Positions 53,674-63,202 of a stretch of 64,000 bases of DNA are shown here, piece by piece (position 1 is the stretch's first letter; each line of letters opens with the position of its first letter). Source of the stretch: an uncultured virus (IMG/VR IMGVR_UViG_3300037847_003885) (Duplodnaviria > Heunggongvirae > Uroviricota > Caudoviricetes); the IMG/VR virus record IMGVR_UViG_3300037847_003885, positions 1-64,000 of that record. One strand, 5' to 3'. Position numbers and translations under genes: made by a program. A model generated the notes under the pieces. The model was not told where the DNA came from, searched no databases, and saw nothing but the letters and a program-made list of their open reading frames with translations.

Positions 53674-55587
53674 TCAATATTTGTGTAGTGTATCACGAGC
53701 AATAACTTTTATCGCTTTAGGCATTATCCTTAAAGTAGATTTTACTATACCTTTATCTTCCGGTATCTGTATAGGTGCTTCTACAATATAAAAGTCATCA
53801 ACTATTAATAGCATCTTTTCACTTGCACCTGCCATAGTGCTACCGATAAGGTTCTTTTCAAATTCTATAAGAACTCTATTTGCACCTGTACCGTCTGCAT
53901 TAGTGCTAAATTCTGTACCTGTTCTCATCTTATGGAAAAATACAGGGTCATCTACAGCGATTTCTATAGTCATGTCATAAGTTGTTTGACCCTCTACCAT
54001 TAGACTTACATTTCTTGAACCTGCAAATGGTACTTGGTCTGTTGCATTACTATCCGCCGCTTGAGATGAACCTGCTATAGTATGATGACCAACCATACCG
54101 GTAGTTCCATTGAGTGTAAATGAAAAGACTTGAGCGACTTGTATGCCACCAAGTTGTATACTACCATTGTAAAACATAAATGGTTTTTGAGTTCCTACAC
54201 CAATACCCGATTCAAGTCTTGTTGCATCAGTATTAGCAGTATCATCAAACATACGATGTGCGCCGTATCTTGTAAGAGGTGTGGATTCTAAACGACCTGT
54301 ATCTGTATAACAAAGTGCTGAATTAAAATTAACTGATAATCTTAATGCGGCATCGTTATCTGTAGTCATTGAAAAGTCTGTTACCTTACAACCTCGATAT
54401 ACACGAGTCAATTCTTTAGTATCTCCTACCAAACCGTCTGTAGTAGATACATCGGAATCTAAATCTCTTCTTCTTTGAGATACTTCTAAACAAAATGAAG
54501 GTAGTGTAGAGCGTGAAAATAATAAATGTGTAGCGGGATTAGTAATTGTATTACTGCTTATGTTTATAGAATTACTATTATTATATCTTCTAACCTTTAC
54601 AGCAGTGGTATCAGCATGAGGATATTTTAACGGTTCATCTAAGTATATAGTATTGTCATTTTCACTAATACCAATAATTCTTCTAGTTTCATGTGGCATC
54701 GCTTTATCAAATACTGCATTATCAAATGCACCTGTCCAATCGCCTCCGTCGGGTTCATGGTCACTTACAATAGGAACAGAAGCGGCCTCATCTCTTATTT
54801 CTACAAAATCTCCTACAGCCATACCTGCTTTTTTATTTAATTTAATAACCGATGCACCAACACCCACAGCACCATCTAATTGTACACCGGAAGATATAGT
54901 ATCATTATTAGCAATTTCAAGTAATTCATTTCCAAGACAATATTTCAACCACCTTGCCGTATGCATGTTTACTTCAAAAGACCCACCTTCGGTAATCATT
55001 TTACCCGGAACTTGAATTGAAGTATCTCTTCCAAGTCCTACAACATGGTATCTCTTCAAATCTACTTTAGTTTCGGGAAGAGTGATTGCTGATGCTACGC
55101 CTAAAAATTGGTCTATCTTACAACTTTCAGTGCCACCGTTACCTGCACCGGTAGCGGCTTCACTAGAAGCCACATCAATTGGTGGTGTTTTGTAAGGAAG
55201 AATATGTAAATTATTTCCTGCACCTAAAGTTACTGCACCTGTTGTCATTTTAGGGGTGATTTTAATTGTAGTACCGCTATTTTCTACAATAGTGAATACT
55301 TTACCACCCGAACCACTATTTGGTAAATCAGCATCAACTACCGCATTTGAACTTCCTTTTTCCCATATCACTTGTGAACCAACAAGTATATTTTTTGGGT
55401 ATCGTAATTTATTTGATGGTGCGGCTTCAAACAAAGTAGTATTTTGCTCGGAAGAAAAAGTAATTGTGGTTATATCATCACTATGGCTAAGTGCCATTGT
55501 AGCATCTGTAACACCTCTAATTACAAGACCTGTTTCGGGCGCAAAAGAAACTTCTGCTATATCTCCTTTGTATACTGTACTTGGCAT
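53674..55587 (-). CDS. Major tail (tube) protein with inserted domains
   Basis: Position between terminator-like gene and chaperones; EGGSFEV, LPSF.LE, Y.GCKV..FS tube-like motifs. Confidence 0.6.
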   Translation of the reverse strand: MPSTVYKGDIAEVSFAPETGLVIRGVTDATMALSHSDDITTITFSSEQNTTLFEAAPSNKLRYPKNILVGSQVIWEKGSSNAVVDADLPNSGSGGKVFTIVENSGTTIKITPKMTTGAVTLGAGNNLHILPYKTPPIDVASSEAATGAGNGGTESCKIDQFLGVASAITLPETKVDLKRYHVVGLGRDTSIQVPGKMITEGGSFEVNMHTARWLKYCLGNELLEIANNDTISSGVQLDGAVGVGASVIKLNKKAGMAVGDFVEIRDEAASVPIVSDHEPDGGDWTGAFDNAVFDKAMPHETRRIIGISENDNTIYLDEPLKYPHADTTAVKVRRYNNSNSINISSNTITNPATHLLFSRSTLPSFCLEVSQRRRDLDSDVSTTDGLVGDTKELTRVYRGCKVTDFSMTTDNDAALRLSVNFNSALCYTDTGRLESTPLTRYGAHRMFDDTANTDATRLESGIGVGTQKPFMFYNGSIQLGGIQVAQVFSFTLNGTTGMVGHHTIAGSSQAADSNATDQVPFAGSRNVSLMVEGQTTYDMTIEIAVDDPVFFHKMRTGTEFSTNADGTGANRVLIEFEKNLIGSTMAGASEKMLLIVDDFYIVEAPIQIPEDKGIVKSTLRIMPKAIKVIARDTLHKY

Positions 55588-55596
55588 TTTATCATC

Positions 55597-56046
55597 TCAC
55601 GGTATTAGTTCTGCTAATATTACTACTTCTATTTGGAATGTCATTCGGAAAAGTTGCTTGCTTCTGTCACTTAAATCGGTTCTTGTTTTGAATACGAGCC
55701 TGTCAAAATTAGTTCCATCTCCCTTACGACTTTTGTGAATTACTCTACGAACTTCGTTCTCAAGTGCTTGCAGATGCTTTCTCCCCTTAATTGTTCGCAT
55801 GTCTACGGTTATATTTATGCGTGTTGTAACGAAATCATAGAGTAAATCGGGTGCTTCTTCGTTGTGTGCTGTTTCGTAACATAGAACATAATCATGCCGA
55901 GACAGGTCAAGACGCTTACCTCTTTCCGGTTGTACTTCGGCTATGTCAATAACAATCGGCCTAATACCGCTTGTATTACCCCTATTCCAATCAGTTTGGA
56001 ATAAATTTAACACAACATCTAAACCTTCTGTCCATGTTGCTACCAT
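55597..56046 (-). CDS. Putative tail terminator / completion protein
   Basis: Size, position and TTRINITVDMRT...EVRRVI pattern. Confidence 0.5.
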   Translation of the reverse strand: MVATWTEGLDVVLNLFQTDWNRGNTSGIRPIVIDIAEVQPERGKRLDLSRHDYVLCYETAHNEEAPDLLYDFVTTRINITVDMRTIKGRKHLQALENEVRRVIHKSRKGDGTNFDRLVFKTRTDLSDRSKQLFRMTFQIEVVILAELIP

Positions 56047-56050
56047 AGTA

Positions 56051-56413
56051 TCACTTCCTTTGCAGTTCCTTTATTGATTTAGGAACAATAAACCCATTCT
56101 TGTATTCAAAACCTTGCTCACTCATTTCGGGATTTTGTTTAAGCATAGCCTCATCAGTTTGTTTCTTTAAGGTTGAAAGTTGTTTTTCCGTAGCAGGTGT
56201 ATTATTGTTGAAGTCAGTATAAGAATCATCATCTTCTAACCTCAAACCCAACGCCCCTGCTTCTATTTGTTTAAATCTAATTCTTAAAGTATGTGGATTA
56301 TTACTAAAATATTCTTTATATTCTGTTTGAAATGCTTTATCTTTTTTAAACACCTCAATGACTCGCTGATGGGAATGTTCACCAAAACTGTTGAAATCCC
56401 TATCGCCCTTCAT
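56051..56413 (-). CDS. Hypothetical protein (neck region)
   Basis: ORF in structural operon with ATGA overlap. Confidence 0.65.
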   Translation of the reverse strand: MKGDRDFNSFGEHSHQRVIEVFKKDKAFQTEYKEYFSNNPHTLRIRFKQIEAGALGLRLEDDDSYTDFNNNTPATEKQLSTLKKQTDEAMLKQNPEMSEQGFEYKNGFIVPKSIKELQRK

Positions 56414-58008
56414 TCAAACAACACCATCTCTACATAACGAGGTAGTGTACGGTCTACATCTGCTTGATATAACTGAACCTTACTTGCTACATCTATATTC
56501 TGTGTTCCTTCCGGTATAAGCACAGAACGGTCATCAGCCATAAGTAACTCAATTGCTACCATCTTGGTACATGCATCCTCTATCGCTTTTTCTAAATATC
56601 GTTCACCGTAAATGTATGCAACTTTTATCGCATTCCATTCAAAGAAGGGATAAGAATTGTTAAAGTAAATTATACCCATTTCCGAGTCGAACCACCAATC
56701 TCGAAGTCTTGCTTGGTCACCACTACTACTACCACCCTGTAAATCTATTTTAAAAATATGTTGAGTTAAAAGACCACTAGTAGGCGGAGTGCCGCCCGGT
56801 GTAACTGTAGTACAACCGGTAAAAGATGTTGCTGTTTTACTTGTGTAACGGATAATAAATCCACCATATTCAACAACTCCTGCTTCGGCAAAACCGGCGG
56901 TACTATCCACATCAATAACACCGTTGTTACCCCCAAAAGAGCCACTCCTTCCGCTAACATTTGCAGTAAGTCTTTCGGTTTGTTTAATTTCTATTTCGCT
57001 TGAATCAGTAACAATAGTACAAGTTTCTCCGGCTTTAGTTGGCCTCATACTTGTAATTTTTACTGTGCCTGTTCCATAATCAGCATTAGCACTTGCTAAA
57101 AACTCATTACTAACTTGAGTAGTATCGCTTATACTTGTAGCACCCGGTAAAACATAAGATGGTGCAAGAGTAATACCTTGTTTACCTGTTCTTGCATCTT
57201 TATTAATTAAATTAGCAAGACTTTGAGCAGATGTAATTTTATCAAATCCTACATCCCAAGTGCTTACAGTTTCAGTTAATATCGCTTGTAGTTTTCCACT
57301 TGTACCATTACCCGGAGATACTACTATATTTTTATTGTGTAATGCTCTTACATTTTCCGGTAAATGTATCCTTGCTTCTGCCCCACCAATCTCACGATAA
57401 TCGTCACCCTGCCATAATTCAAGGCGTAATATTTGTTGCACATTACGGAAGAGTAAAGGTGCAGTTCCTACATAGTCTGTATAATATCTTCTACGATATG
57501 GTTTGTAAGTATCAAAATTAATATATTCTGCTACTACAAGATATGGTCGCCAAGCATTGTGGGTTATATTGTCTATTTTATCTTGCATCTTTAGAATTAC
57601 TCTATCTACCTTGTCTTTAGTTAGTCCTCTATTTCTACCATTAGTAAATGATGCTTGATTTTGTACATACGCATTATCAGCAAGTTGATAATCAGCATGA
57701 GTAAAAGCACCGGTAAATGCAAGTTTTACACCACTAGCCGAAGATGAAATAGCAGTAATTGTTTTTTCTACACCTAAAGGGTCAGCATCCGAATAAATAA
57801 GTATAGTATCTCCTACACTAAATCCATCATTTCTATAATCCCCACCGGTAATAAATACACCATCGGACACACTATCGGCACTTACAAGCACCGCTTCACT
57901 TGGTCCAATATCAAGTAGGTCTGCTACTTTTTGAGCCGTAGTATACACCGTTGCAGTAGGGTCAAGAGGTCGTGTTTCTACCTCGCCCGGTGAAAATACT
58001 TTTGGCAT
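56410..58008 (-). CDS. Putative head-tail adaptor with inserted beta domains
   Basis: YTT...V...L, KIDNIT..AWR, IKVAYIYG....AIEDAC.KMVA adaptor-like pattern. Confidence 0.55.
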   Translation of the reverse strand: MPKVFSPGEVETRPLDPTATVYTTAQKVADLLDIGPSEAVLVSADSVSDGVFITGGDYRNDGFSVGDTILIYSDADPLGVEKTITAISSSASGVKLAFTGAFTHADYQLADNAYVQNQASFTNGRNRGLTKDKVDRVILKMQDKIDNITHNAWRPYLVVAEYINFDTYKPYRRRYYTDYVGTAPLLFRNVQQILRLELWQGDDYREIGGAEARIHLPENVRALHNKNIVVSPGNGTSGKLQAILTETVSTWDVGFDKITSAQSLANLINKDARTGKQGITLAPSYVLPGATSISDTTQVSNEFLASANADYGTGTVKITSMRPTKAGETCTIVTDSSEIEIKQTERLTANVSGRSGSFGGNNGVIDVDSTAGFAEAGVVEYGGFIIRYTSKTATSFTGCTTVTPGGTPPTSGLLTQHIFKIDLQGGSSSGDQARLRDWWFDSEMGIIYFNNSYPFFEWNAIKVAYIYGERYLEKAIEDACTKMVAIELLMADDRSVLIPEGTQNIDVASKVQLYQADVDRTLPRYVEMVLFE

Positions 58009-58022
58009 ACATTAGACCCCCC

Positions 58023-58583
58023 TCACTGATTTTTCAATACACTCCAAGCATCACGCATAATTACATTACGAGAAGTCATAATACGACGCAGATGTTCAGC
58101 CTCTTTGTCGGGGTTGAACTTTTTTTCATCATCATCTTCTTTTGGTGGAGTATTGAATGAACTACCGTGATTTGCTACAACACCGGGCATAAACTTTTCT
58201 GCTAATTCAAAAGATTCATCTTCTGTCATATTTTCTTTAAAATCGGGGTCATCCATAGGTTCTTTACCTGCAAATTGACTATCAATAGCGGCTTGCTCAC
58301 CTGCTACATCGGGCATGGAAAGTGATTCACCAAGAGTTTGCCCCTCAAAAGGTACTCTTTCGCCCATGAACTTGATATTATGTGCTTCGGGATTCGCTAC
58401 TATGTCACGCATGAGTTTGTCACGAGCAGAAGTGAATTGGTCGCCACTTGCATCTCCACCTGCGCCTCTAAGCGCATCTGCGGCCATACGATTAGCAAAC
58501 TGCTGTAGACGAACTTCTTGTCCATCCGGTGTAAGCACTTTTTGTCTATGTGGTTTCATTGGCATTTTAATTAAAATTTTACT
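58023..58583 (-). CDS. Hypothetical protein ending in DAWSVLK
   Basis: ORF in structural operon; start uncertain (58610 or a downstream ATG). Confidence 0.6.
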   Translation of the reverse strand, partial: SKILIKMPMKPHRQKVLTPDGQEVRLQQFANRMAADALRGAGGDASGDQFTSARDKLMRDIVANPEAHNIKFMGERVPFEGQTLGESLSMPDVAGEQAAIDSQFAGKEPMDDPDFKENMTEDESFELAEKFMPGVVANHGSSFNTPPKEDDDEKKFNPDKEAEHLRRIMTSRNVIMRDAWSVLKNQ

Positions 58584-58590
58584 CATAATA

Positions 58591-58884
58591 TCATATCCTG
58601 TTTTCTTCATCTCTATGTCCTAGATTATATTCCATTGGTTTGTCACATGTGGCACATGTTGCTCTCCACATAAAATGTAGAAAGCCACAGTGTGTACATC
58701 TTGTTCCCGAACCAATGTTAAGTATATCACCTATATTTTTATTGCGATTTCGTTGTTGAGATGTAACACCCTTTAGTGGATGTTCATTATCTGCTACAAC
58801 GGCTGAATGTGTATCTAACTTGACACCTTGCTTACTCGCTCTCACTAAGTCGCTAAGGTCTAATTTCTGTAAATCAAACCCCAT
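58591..58884 (-). CDS. Zinc-finger protein (RanBP2-like C4)
   Basis: CTHCG......TCATC; GAGGTGG SD. Confidence 0.7.
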   Translation of the reverse strand: MGFDLQKLDLSDLVRASKQGVKLDTHSAVVADNEHPLKGVTSQQRNRNKNIGDILNIGSGTRCTHCGFLHFMWRATCATCDKPMEYNLGHRDEENRI

Positions 58885-58893
58885 TTAACCACC

Positions 58894-59067
58894 TCAAGAT
58901 GTGGTCACGAATATGTAGATGTTACCAAGTATTACATGCGGGTCTGCTGACACAGGAGTATTAGTACTAAAAGCCGTTACAATTGCAGTTTGTATAGCGG
59001 TTCTCTTAGTAGAGTCGTTAAAGTCTGCCTGTGCGTAAGGACCGAGTATTGTGCATGTTTTAGCCAA
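58894..59067 (-). CDS. 57-aa hypothetical (likely virion) protein
   Basis: Not in track; TTG start with AGGTGA SD; MAKTCTILGPY...GNIYIFVTTS fills the operon gap. Confidence 0.65.
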   Translation of the reverse strand: MAKTCTILGPYAQADFNDSTKRTAIQTAIVTAFSTNTPVSADPHVILGNIYIFVTTS

Positions 59068-59091
59068 TTAAATCACCTTCTGCTAGGTGAA

Positions 59092-59631
59092 TCAAGCCCT
59101 GCTACCAAGAATCCAAAATCTGCCTTTATAATTTGCTTCATCCGAAGTTGCACCTGCATTACCATGAGTAAATTGCACTCTTTTAGCAACAGTATCAATA
59201 CCTACATGGAAATCTCCGTTTTCAAGAGTTACTGAACCTTGGTGTGGGCCGAATTTTGCTAATTTATCACTATCAAGTACGGCTTGTGTCAAACCCGGTG
59301 ACTCTAGCAAAATGGTAGTAGCATTGGCTACTCTTGAGATTGTAGCCAACCTTTTCCCTGTAGCAAGGTCATAAATGTCCTCTCCTTTATTAAAATATAA
59401 CCGAGCATCTACAGTATCAACGGTAATATTATTAGTTCCTGCGGCATAACCTCCACCGTTGTTTATTCTCACACCTGTATTGAATATAGTATCTTCCAAG
59501 TGACCGCTTGCGGCGAAAACTGTTCCTAGTAGTCCGTCATAAGGCACACTACCTCCTTCATTATCAAATGTTCCTGTTATCATGAGCATATCGCCCATTA
59601 CATGCGTTCTTGTATCAATTGTTACTGTCAT
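59092..59631 (-). CDS. Putative capsid-associated structural protein
   Basis: Gly/Thr-rich beta protein in head module. Confidence 0.6.
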   Translation of the reverse strand: MTVTIDTRTHVMGDMLMITGTFDNEGGSVPYDGLLGTVFAASGHLEDTIFNTGVRINNGGGYAAGTNNITVDTVDARLYFNKGEDIYDLATGKRLATISRVANATTILLESPGLTQAVLDSDKLAKFGPHQGSVTLENGDFHVGIDTVAKRVQFTHGNAGATSDEANYKGRFWILGSRA

Positions 59632-60008
59632 TATTGTTCACTTCCTGTTATTTCCGTATTTTCTTCTTCACTTAAAACTTCCTCAATTACAGGTGGATTC
59701 AAGTGAGATTCTACTAATTCTAAAGCGGCGGTTTTAGTTAAGTAACCTGCGCCTGTTTTGACTCCATTATCTTTAAGCCATTTTAGAATATCTTTTCTAG
59801 CCCATGCTACATCCGGTATACCGTCATCTTTCAAATCAACAGTTTCTCCTTCATCGCCTTCGATGAGGAAGTTTTTACTATCCAAAGAATGTCTATGAGT
59901 GTTAAGCCACTCTTGAGATACTTCTACTGCTTTACCTCTAACCCAAACATCTTTAGTGTCTGTTCTACGGGATTCGTAATAAATCCCTTTATAGGTTACT
60001 GTAGGCAC
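59631..60008 (-). CDS. Hypothetical protein with HeH/LEM-like C-terminal motif
   Basis: W.RKDILKWLKDNGV......TK..ALELV; GAGGTGG SD. Confidence 0.6.
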   Translation of the reverse strand: MPTVTYKGIYYESRRTDTKDVWVRGKAVEVSQEWLNTHRHSLDSKNFLIEGDEGETVDLKDDGIPDVAWARKDILKWLKDNGVKTGAGYLTKTAALELVESHLNPPVIEEVLSEEENTEITGSEQ

Positions 60009-60018
60009 TTAGCCCACC

Positions 60019-60483
60019 TCAATTAAGCATTAGAAGTGTGACTGTACCTGCACCTGCACCTTCTGCGTGAAGTTCAACACCGCTTAATGCACCACCTGTA
60101 AATGTAGGCGGTGAAGCATCGTCACCTATTTCAGTTGTTCTAACTGAAAGAGTTTTATCTGCAACTTCAAGAGTAGTACCAACTACACCAATAATCTTAG
60201 AGCAACCTGCGGTAAACACAAATACTTCTGCATCAGCAGTAGCAAGGGTAAAAGATATTGTCACCATTCTTAAACTTCCAACTGCGTTTCCATCAGTATT
60301 AGCGGCATTAAAACCTGCTAATGTACCCGGATAAGAGCCACCTGCATTTCCATCTAACCAACCTGTTTCTTCTACAGGTGTTCCTGTTCTCATGTCAAGG
60401 TCTAATAGTATCTCCATCGCTGAAAATTCGCTATCTTCATAACTAATTGTTAATCCATTTTCTGTTTCTGTTTGCTTAGCCAT
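60019..60483 (-). CDS. Putative capsid decoration / minor capsid protein
   Basis: Directly downstream of MCP; acidic beta-rich. Confidence 0.55.
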   Translation of the reverse strand: MAKQTETENGLTISYEDSEFSAMEILLDLDMRTGTPVEETGWLDGNAGGSYPGTLAGFNAANTDGNAVGSLRMVTISFTLATADAEVFVFTAGCSKIIGVVGTTLEVADKTLSVRTTEIGDDASPPTFTGGALSGVELHAEGAGAGTVTLLMLN

Positions 60484-60521
60484 ATTTAATCATCTCCTTA
60501 ATATTTTTTTCTCCATTAACC

Positions 60522-61691
60522 TCACTGTAGGTCACGAATTGAACCATGTCCTCCAAAGAAAGTTGTCCAAATTTCTCCCATTGAACGGTACATACCCTCT
60601 TGTCCTAGACGGTTAATAGCGAATGGGTCACCGGTTTCGATACCGGATTCAAAGTATTGAGTTGGTATAGCAGTTGAGAAGTATGTGTAATCAGTATCTA
60701 AGAAATACATACGGGAAATACCGTCTTTTACTACATCTTTAGATGGAATGATTGGTACACCGTTGTAGGTTGCTACGATGAAACCGGCTTCAATACCCGG
60801 TACACCCTTAACACCGTTGTAGGTTGGTGTAACTCTCTTCTCTTCCATGAACCTTTGTTGGCTTTGTAGTAGTTGTTGAAGTCTCATTAGAGTATCATAT
60901 CCTGTTAGGATAACCTTTGGATTACCACCACGAACCCAAATCTGTTGGAATAGTGTGTCTAAATGGTCTAGTGAAAGAGTCCTTCTGTTAGCCGCATCTT
61001 GGTCGCTACCACAGTTTACTTCTGCATTTGACCATGAGTTTGCACTTCGGTCAATACTGTAGATGTCAAGGTCACCTGCGCCACAGTGGTCTGCCGCCGC
61101 CGCACCTGTTTCCAAAGAGGTTAGTCCACCGGTTGCACCACCGTCATTTCCGGTGATTCTGTCTAGTGATTCAAAGTCGTTACCTGCTACTGTGTCACAG
61201 TCTTGTGTAAGCATCTTGTTGATGTGTTCTGCGTGGTGCTTACCCATTTCTTCCTTTAGTACTGAACGAATGTCACCTAGACCGTCATCTTTGTCAGCCA
61301 AGAACATAGCGGTTTCACTCATGTCAAATGTGTGAACAACTGTCTTTGGTTTTGCGGCTATGTGTTGGAACTGTGGTTTAGTTGTGTCCGGTAGAGTAGC
61401 GTTTTCTGCTACACCGCCACCCTTAGCAAAGGATGGTCTGTCAGTAATAACTCTCCAACCACTTCTTTCCCATGGTCTCTTAGGTAGAATTGAGAATGCG
61501 TTAAACTCTTGGTTCAACTGTGACCAAACTTTTCTACCGTAGATTGCTTGGTATGTTCCTGCTGTAGTACTTAGCATTGGTGCGTCAGCCTTCAACAATT
61601 CACTACCGGAGTAGGAATAGCCCATAGCGTTACCTGCGCCGTAAAAATATCTTTCCATATCTGTTATGTTTCTTATGTAATCTCTTGCCAT
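60522..61691 (-). CDS. Major capsid protein (HK97-like fold)
   Basis: GGVAENATLP, F.....KPK.V, GGNPKVILT, YNGVPII, G.IRDL end; directly after prohead protease; start 61691 (track 61700). Confidence 0.88.
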   Translation of the reverse strand: MARDYIRNITDMERYFYGAGNAMGYSYSGSELLKADAPMLSTTAGTYQAIYGRKVWSQLNQEFNAFSILPKRPWERSGWRVITDRPSFAKGGGVAENATLPDTTKPQFQHIAAKPKTVVHTFDMSETAMFLADKDDGLGDIRSVLKEEMGKHHAEHINKMLTQDCDTVAGNDFESLDRITGNDGGATGGLTSLETGAAAADHCGAGDLDIYSIDRSANSWSNAEVNCGSDQDAANRRTLSLDHLDTLFQQIWVRGGNPKVILTGYDTLMRLQQLLQSQQRFMEEKRVTPTYNGVKGVPGIEAGFIVATYNGVPIIPSKDVVKDGISRMYFLDTDYTYFSTAIPTQYFESGIETGDPFAINRLGQEGMYRSMGEIWTTFFGGHGSIRDLQ

Positions 61692-61724
61692 ATTTTTCAT
61701 CTCCTAATTTTTAATTTATTATCC

Positions 61725-63140
61725 TCAAGCACCCCTGTAGACACTATTTGCTAGTGTGTGTACCTCATCCCAAGACATGTTACTTAGGTCTTGAGTAGAT
61801 GGGATTGTAACATTTGTTGATAGGTCAGCCTTTGCAATTGTTGTTCCTTCTGTAGTTAGGTTGTCAATTCTTTCGGAAAGGTTTGAAATTGCTTTCATGA
61901 CTTCACTAATTGGTTCACGAGCATCAAATTGAGCCTTTTCTGCTTCGGACTTAGCAATTTCTTGCTCTTTAGCAAATCTTGAAGCAAAGTGTCCTTCTAG
62001 GTCACCACGGAATTGTTGTTCCATAGCCGCCGCTTTGTAGACTTCATAAGCCGCCTCAATATCGGATGCTGAAACACTCGATGGGTGAATGTAGGATTTT
62101 GAAAGGTCAGCCGCACCCATAGCCCCTGCCGGTTGCTTTCCACCGCTTTGACTTACTGCATTGATAGCACCGGTTGATGGACTACCTGCGGTTTGTCCTC
62201 GGCCTCTAACTTGTCCGGCGAAGTAATCTGCACCGTCTACTGTATCCGGGTTGTCGAATCCACCAAGTTGTGCTTTCTCAAGAGCATCAAAGTGCGCTCT
62301 TGCTGAATGAGTATCTACACCTGCGGATTTTAGAGTATCTTCCATCCAATTTAGGTACTCGGCACTAATGACATCACTGTATTCATCACCTTTCATGTAA
62401 TTCATTTTGTCATCATCTTTCTTTTCTTTCTTTTCATCTTTCTTTTCATCTTCGGCCTTCATCTTATCATCCTTCTTTTCTTCTTTCTTGTCGTCGGAAT
62501 CATCTTTCTTACCCTTGATATGCTCTCGGAGTTGAGGTGGAATTTCACCTTTCTCCATAGCGTCAAGTCTTGCTTCTAGCCTGTTCATTACTGCGTTTAG
62601 GTCACTGTCTATATCTGTCATATTATTCACATCTTCCTTTAAAATTCTAAATTGTGCTTCCGGGTTAATCCCTTTTTCACAAATTGTAATTTCATGGAGT
62701 TCCATTTTACTTATCTCTTGGTATTCTCCGTGTTCACCATCAGCCTTTCTAACACGCTTGAAAGCCTGTCCACCAATGGAGAATCCTTGCAAATTACCTT
62801 TGCGTATTTCTGCGGCTACTTCACGAGCCTTTTCTATATCGTTTCGTAGTTTACAAACTACAAACATTCCTGTGTCGTCTACTTCGGACTTCCACATTCT
62901 TCCGTTGGAGTCTACATAGTTATCTATAACTTCTCCAACTTGTATATTAGAGTGAGCCAACTGTACATTTCTGTATCTGTCACTCTTCATAAAACCGTCA
63001 AATGCATCTTTTAATGCACCACGAGTAATCAAATCTCCTTGCTTATCAACAAGTTCTACAGATGCATAACCGGCTACAACTAAATCACTACCACTCTTTA
63101 GGACTTTCAATCCCGCAGATGGTCGCTGTATAGTTAGCAT
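61725..63140 (-). CDS. Prohead protease (HK97-type) fused to scaffold-like region
   Basis: VAGYAS..VDKQGD, AH...VG, GFSIGG, L.EI.I.....NPEA; Lys/Asp-rich linker and coiled coil; start 63140 or 63152. Confidence 0.85.
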   Translation of the reverse strand: MLTIQRPSAGLKVLKSGSDLVVAGYASVELVDKQGDLITRGALKDAFDGFMKSDRYRNVQLAHSNIQVGEVIDNYVDSNGRMWKSEVDDTGMFVVCKLRNDIEKAREVAAEIRKGNLQGFSIGGQAFKRVRKADGEHGEYQEISKMELHEITICEKGINPEAQFRILKEDVNNMTDIDSDLNAVMNRLEARLDAMEKGEIPPQLREHIKGKKDDSDDKKEEKKDDKMKAEDEKKDEKKEKKDDDKMNYMKGDEYSDVISAEYLNWMEDTLKSAGVDTHSARAHFDALEKAQLGGFDNPDTVDGADYFAGQVRGRGQTAGSPSTGAINAVSQSGGKQPAGAMGAADLSKSYIHPSSVSASDIEAAYEVYKAAAMEQQFRGDLEGHFASRFAKEQEIAKSEAEKAQFDAREPISEVMKAISNLSERIDNLTTEGTTIAKADLSTNVTIPSTQDLSNMSWDEVHTLANSVYRGA

Positions 63141-63157
63141 CAATTCACACAACTTAC

Positions 63158-63176
63158 TGTCATCCTATTTATATTG
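63158..63176 (-). promoter_or_regulatory. Candidate late promoter TATA box (TATAAATA) for head/tail operon
   Basis: Minus strand CAATATAAATAGGATGACA in the intergenic gap; TATA about 26 nt before ATG 63140. Confidence 0.55.
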
Positions 63177-63202
63177 AACTGATACTTTATGTCTAAAAGA
63201 AA

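Noticed and set aside
62405..62515. Low-complexity (TC)-rich tract
   Set aside because: Encodes the Lys/Asp/Glu-rich linker of the protease-scaffold protein; not a separate element.
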